Shown here: in pieces, positions 59,831 to 64,000 of the stretch
How the letters are laid out: every line of letters begins with the position of its first letter
Position numbering within the stretch: the stretch's first letter is position 1
From: the human T2T-CHM13v2.0 reference genome, Homo sapiens
Reading direction: 5' to 3' (one strand)
DNA: 64,000 nt
NCBI RefSeq assembly: GCF_009914755.1
Contig: NC_060925.1
Notes under the pieces: generated by a model
Database searches by the model: none
What the model was told of the DNA's origin: nothing
The model's input: the letters and a program-made list of their open reading frames with translations, nothing else
Made by a program: the position numbers and the translations under genes

Positions 59831-60524
59831 CGCTTGCTCTTATTCCCACCTGCATACACTAAGTGTTACCAATCATTTGTCCAAGAGCTTTAATAGGCAA
59901 CATATGGAGGTAATTTGCTCTCTTTAGCCCTGTTCTGGTGGGAGGTGACCTCCTCAGTGGGATGGTAGACCAGAGTATATTCTTTATTGACTCTCAGGCA
60001 GTATAGGTCTCTGTACCACAAAAGCTTGTGCCTTCTAAATTTCAAACAATTTCATGAAAATAATGTTGAAACTATGATACCATCTTTATATTCGTTATTT
60101 ATTTAATCTTTAACTTAACCCACAAGATTCCAAGGCAGTTTATAAGAACACATTGAATAAAACAGAAATACGTATTTTTAAAATCCAGGACTAAGGAGAT
60201 TGTAATACGGGACAAAAAGTCAAGGCTAGTGGAAAGTTATTTGTAGTCTACTGCTTTCCACATAGACATTAAGGATGGGCTACGAATTTGGCTTTGAGTT
60301 TCCTAGGGGTCAAAAAAAAAGCAGGGGAGAAACATGATCAAATGCATTGCTCTCGTTGTCAAAAAAGGGAAAAGAAAATGTTATTTGAGGAATGAAAAGT
60401 TTTTCTGATGGTAGTTCTTAAATTTCTCCGGGGGAAGAGGGAGATTTGAAATTTCATCTAGAGCTTTTGTGGTCTTCCCAATTACTTTGAAGAGTTAACG
60501 CTGTACTTAGAAATATCAACATAT

Positions 60525-60836
60525 GGCCAGGTGTGGTGGCTCACGCCTGGAATCCCAGCACTTTGGGAGGCTAAGGCGGGCTGATCACTTGAGGTCAGGA
60601 GTTCGTGACCAGCCTGGCCAACATGGCGAAACCTTGTCTCTACTGAAAATACAAAAATTAGCCAGGCATGGTGGCGAGCGCCTGTAGTCCCAGCTACTGA
60701 GATTACAGTAGGAGACTGACGCAGGAGAATAGTTTGAACCTGGGAGGCAGAGGTTGCACTGAGTCGAGATTGCGCCACTGCACTCCAGCCTGGATGACAA
60801 AGCAAGACTCTGTCTCAAAAAAAAAAAAAAAAAAAA
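60525..60836 (+). mobile_element. AluS with a small internal insertion; TSD-like atcaacata
   Basis: Dimeric Alu; flanks aaatatcaacatat / aaaatcaacatag. Confidence 0.93.
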
Positions 60837-61251
60837 TCAACATAGGGCATTTAGATTCCAAAACACCAAGTCAGAACATCAGCAAACAAACTGTACTCTT
60901 CATTTTTAGTGTACTTCCACAAAGCCATTTCCCGCTGGGGTTCCTCTGTCCTCTGCCTGCACTTCAAATTTACTTTCTTAAGATGCACCAACCAAAATGG
61001 GCAATTAGAATGTTTAAAATGCTAATACCATGATAAACAAGAAAATTATTCAGGAGTGAAAAAAAAAAAACAATTATTATCTACTGACCAATGTAGTTGG
61101 AGAGATGAAATTCACATAAAATTGAAGAAAACTACCAGAAAGCATCTAAGAAATACTTATTTGGTGAGGGATTTGGGGCCACAGGAATGAGGCCAGAAAA
61201 CCTTCCTACTTCGAAAGATTAATAGTAAACAATAGATGGGTGTTATGAATA

Positions 61252-61381
61252 CAGGGTGACCATATAATTTATCAGCCAAACTGGGATACCTGAGAGTTAA
61301 AGAGTGTGCTATCAATAATTATACCCAACAACAGGTGTAAACTGGGGCTGCCCCAGGCAAACAGAGACATATGGTCACTCT
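61252..61381. mobile_element. MER94-like hAT MITE; a second copy at ~62969-63326 is interrupted by an Alu
   Basis: TIRs agggtgaccatat ... atatggtcactct. Confidence 0.75.
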
Positions 61382-62053
61382 CTGTGTTCATCACAGCTTT
61401 ACATTCCTATCACATACATGTCCTCATTACACCCCCAACAATATCATGCCGGATAGAGGCCAATAACATTGTCTCCGTTTTACAGATATGTAAATACATG
61501 CCAAAAAGATGACTGAAGTAACTAACTCAGGTTTTGCAAAGAGAAGTATCTGAGCTGAGACTCCACGCAGGTCTACTGACTCCTAACCCAATGCCCTTCC
61601 ATTAAATCATCTAAGTAATGACCTGGACCCAGTCAAGTATCCATGATATGCACCTAGCTAAGTTCTTTCTCCTTTCCAGTAAGAGCAATAAAAGTTGAAA
61701 ACATTTTCAAATGTCAGGAGAAAATATCTACCTTTCAGTTTTAAATCCAAGCATAGCTAGGTTCATATTTTGATTATTTTACATTTCTAACAGGACTTTG
61801 TTCCTGATTTCACAATTTTCTGTTATTTCATTTCAAATGATCTAAATATAGGCAAGGATCCTAGACAACAACAACACAGATTCATGACAGGCTTAAATTC
61901 AAAACTCTCATAAAATTTAATTCCATTAATTCAGGCTCTCCAATAATCTTCCTCTGTTTTCTGACCCCTATGTCATCATCTGCCTTACATTAAATAGCAA
62001 ATGATCAGGAAATGCTTTACAGAATTATTAGGTAATAAATGGTCACTCCATCG

Positions 62054-62210
62054 AGTAATTCTCAAACCCAGCTGTGTATCAGAATTACCTGGGAGCTTTT
62101 TAAAAATATATGAATTCCAATCCTTACCCTACATCCATCAGGGTCTCCGAGGCTGGAACCCAGAGTAGACAATTTTTTGAACTCTCCAGGTGATTCTGAG
62201 GCCCATCTGT
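62054..62210. mobile_element. MER5A-like
   Basis: ttctcaaac...gtatcagaattacctgggagcttt.taaaaata...ctctccaggtgattctga. Confidence 0.75.
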
Positions 62211-63003
62211 TCTAATGTCAATCCAAATCTGACCCACCCAAGATTTCCAAGGTAGACACAGCTAGCCCCTGACTCACTAGCAACCACAGTTATGTCATTC
62301 TACTCTCTCCTTTGCAACCCACACATGATTTCTTCTTACTGATTTTCTTTTTCCATCCTCTACAGTGCAGTAGCATCCTGCATTGACAGGCAGTTAAGGG
62401 CATACACATTGCAATCAGAAAGCTGTGGGGCAGATCCTAGTCACTCCTTTCAAGACCATAACCAACGTCTTCTAAACTAGTCTATGTCAAAAGATAGTAA
62501 TGGTCACGATCATAACACCAATAATAAAAGCTGATATTTGCTAAGCACTTACTATGCCACTAACAATGCTAATCACTCTACATGAATGATCTCAATTGCC
62601 ACATTAACCCTGTAAAGCAGGACTACTCTCATCCCCATTTTACATTCCGGGAGAACTTTGCCAAGGTCATACTGCTGGGAAGCGGCAGAACAACAAAAAA
62701 AGGTCCATTTCTGAAAGGTAAACCACTTCTTGTAAAAGTACTTCTAAAAGGAATCAGCAGTCCTTCTGGAACATGAAACATTTAGGCTTTGAAGATGCAT
62801 CAAAGGTAATTTTTTCCAGTGTGTGATTTGGGGCTTTGCTGATTGGCTGGCTGGAAAGAAACTGGATTCAATGTTTCAAATGCAACCTCATACCCCAAAT
62901 ATTTATTACTCTCTAGCTGTTCCACTGGATAAGGTAAAATGAGCTTCCACTTAGATCTGTTTAATTGGTAGGGTGGCCATATACATATAAAAATTATATA
63001 TAA

Positions 63004-63215
63004 GTTTTTTTGAGACAGTTCTCACTCTGTCACCCAAGCTGGAGTGCAGTGGCACAATCTTGGCTCACTGCAATCTTGGCCTCCCAGGCTCAATGCTGAA
63101 TCCTCCCACCTCAACGTCCAGAATAGCCGAGACTACAGGCGTGCACACCATCACGCCTGGCTAATTTTTCTATTTTTTTGTAGAGACAGGGTCTCGCCTT
63201 ATTGCCCAGGCTGGG
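63004..63215 (-). mobile_element. 5'-truncated AluJ-like
   Basis: ttttgagacagttctcactctgtcacccaagctgg...ttgcccaggctgg. Confidence 0.85.
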
Positions 63216-63592
63216 GTGTCCATATAATTTACTGTACCAACTAGGAGATATTAAAACATCAGGAACTATTCATAACTATGCTGGGAAAATAGGAATAGGC
63301 ATATACTGGAACATATGACCACCCTACTGACAGCAGAATTCAAAGACAATAAATGGCAAGTGAACTGCCATGGACTCACTCAACACCATGGCTCAATTTC
63401 ACTCAATAAATAATTTTTGTGTGCCTACAATGTGCCAGCCTCTGTGCTAGAAATTGGTCATACAATGATAATAATTCCTATGAACCAGACACTAATAGAA
63501 CTGACTAATCATTCAATAGTTACAACATGATAAGCTTCGTATTAAGGAGAAAAATCAAACTGCAGAATAATACATATGGCAAGATTCCATTT

Positions 63593-63728
63593 GGGAGGGA
63601 GGGAGGGAGGAAGGGAGGAAGGAAGGAAAGAAGGAAGGAAGGAAGGAAGGAAGGAAGGAAGGAAGGAAGGAAGGAAGGAAGGAAAGAAGGGAGGGAGGGA
63701 GGGAGGGAGGGAGGGAGGGAGGGAGGAA
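63593..63728. repeat. (GGAA)n/(GGGA)n microsatellite with 13 consecutive GGAA
   Basis: GGAA x13 at 63633-63684, flanked by GGGA units. Confidence 0.97.
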
Positions 63729-64000
63729 TTGAAAGGAAGTGTGTGGGAGCAAAAATAATCTTCTAACTCCATATAAGGGTGGATCAGACGAGGTTTCACA
63801 GAGAATGTCCTGGGGCTGGGATTTGCAGAAAAATAGATATTAAATAACAGAAATAGGTGGGACTGGAGATAGCACATTTCTGGCAGAAATAAGAGCACAA
63901 GTTTGAGAGCATGTAGTGGTCCTTTCACAAAGTGCACATTGGTGCACTGGAGGGTGCGTTGGGGGGTGAGTGGCCAGACATGGGGCTACAGCAGTGGACA

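Overview
Human (or very close great-ape) genomic DNA covering the 5' coding half of JAK1 (Janus kinase 1) on the minus strand. Eleven exons (exons 2-12 of the canonical transcript) were mapped by hand with GT-AG boundaries. Joined, they give codons 1-585 in one open frame ([19 protein letters not shown]...[10 protein letters not shown]): the FERM domain, the SH2-like domain and the start of the pseudokinase JH2. Exon 1 lies beyond the right edge (36320-64000 is part of intron 1) and exons 13 onward lie beyond the left edge. The introns carry the usual primate repeats: about 17 Alu/FLAM copies, MIR, L2, L1 fragments, MLT1 LTRs, MER20, MER5A, MER94, MADE2, Tigger and microsatellites. Repeat subfamily names come from recalled consensus sequences, not a search. 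I found no new multi-gene system. The most unusual observation is a composite, apparently templated insertion in intron 4. It is a 64-bp copy of the 5' part of exon 4 including its splice acceptor, fused to a 17-bp copy of another nearby intronic segment, and on the transcript strand it runs into an in-frame stop and a poly(A)-site-like arrangement. Also notable: a 13 x 33-bp minisatellite grown out of a MIR tail, a duplicated (TG)n+68-bp unit, a perfect 37-bp palindrome, a cluster of competing start codons, a NAGNAG acceptor, inverted Alu pairs around exons 2 and 7, and a (GGAA)13 microsatellite.
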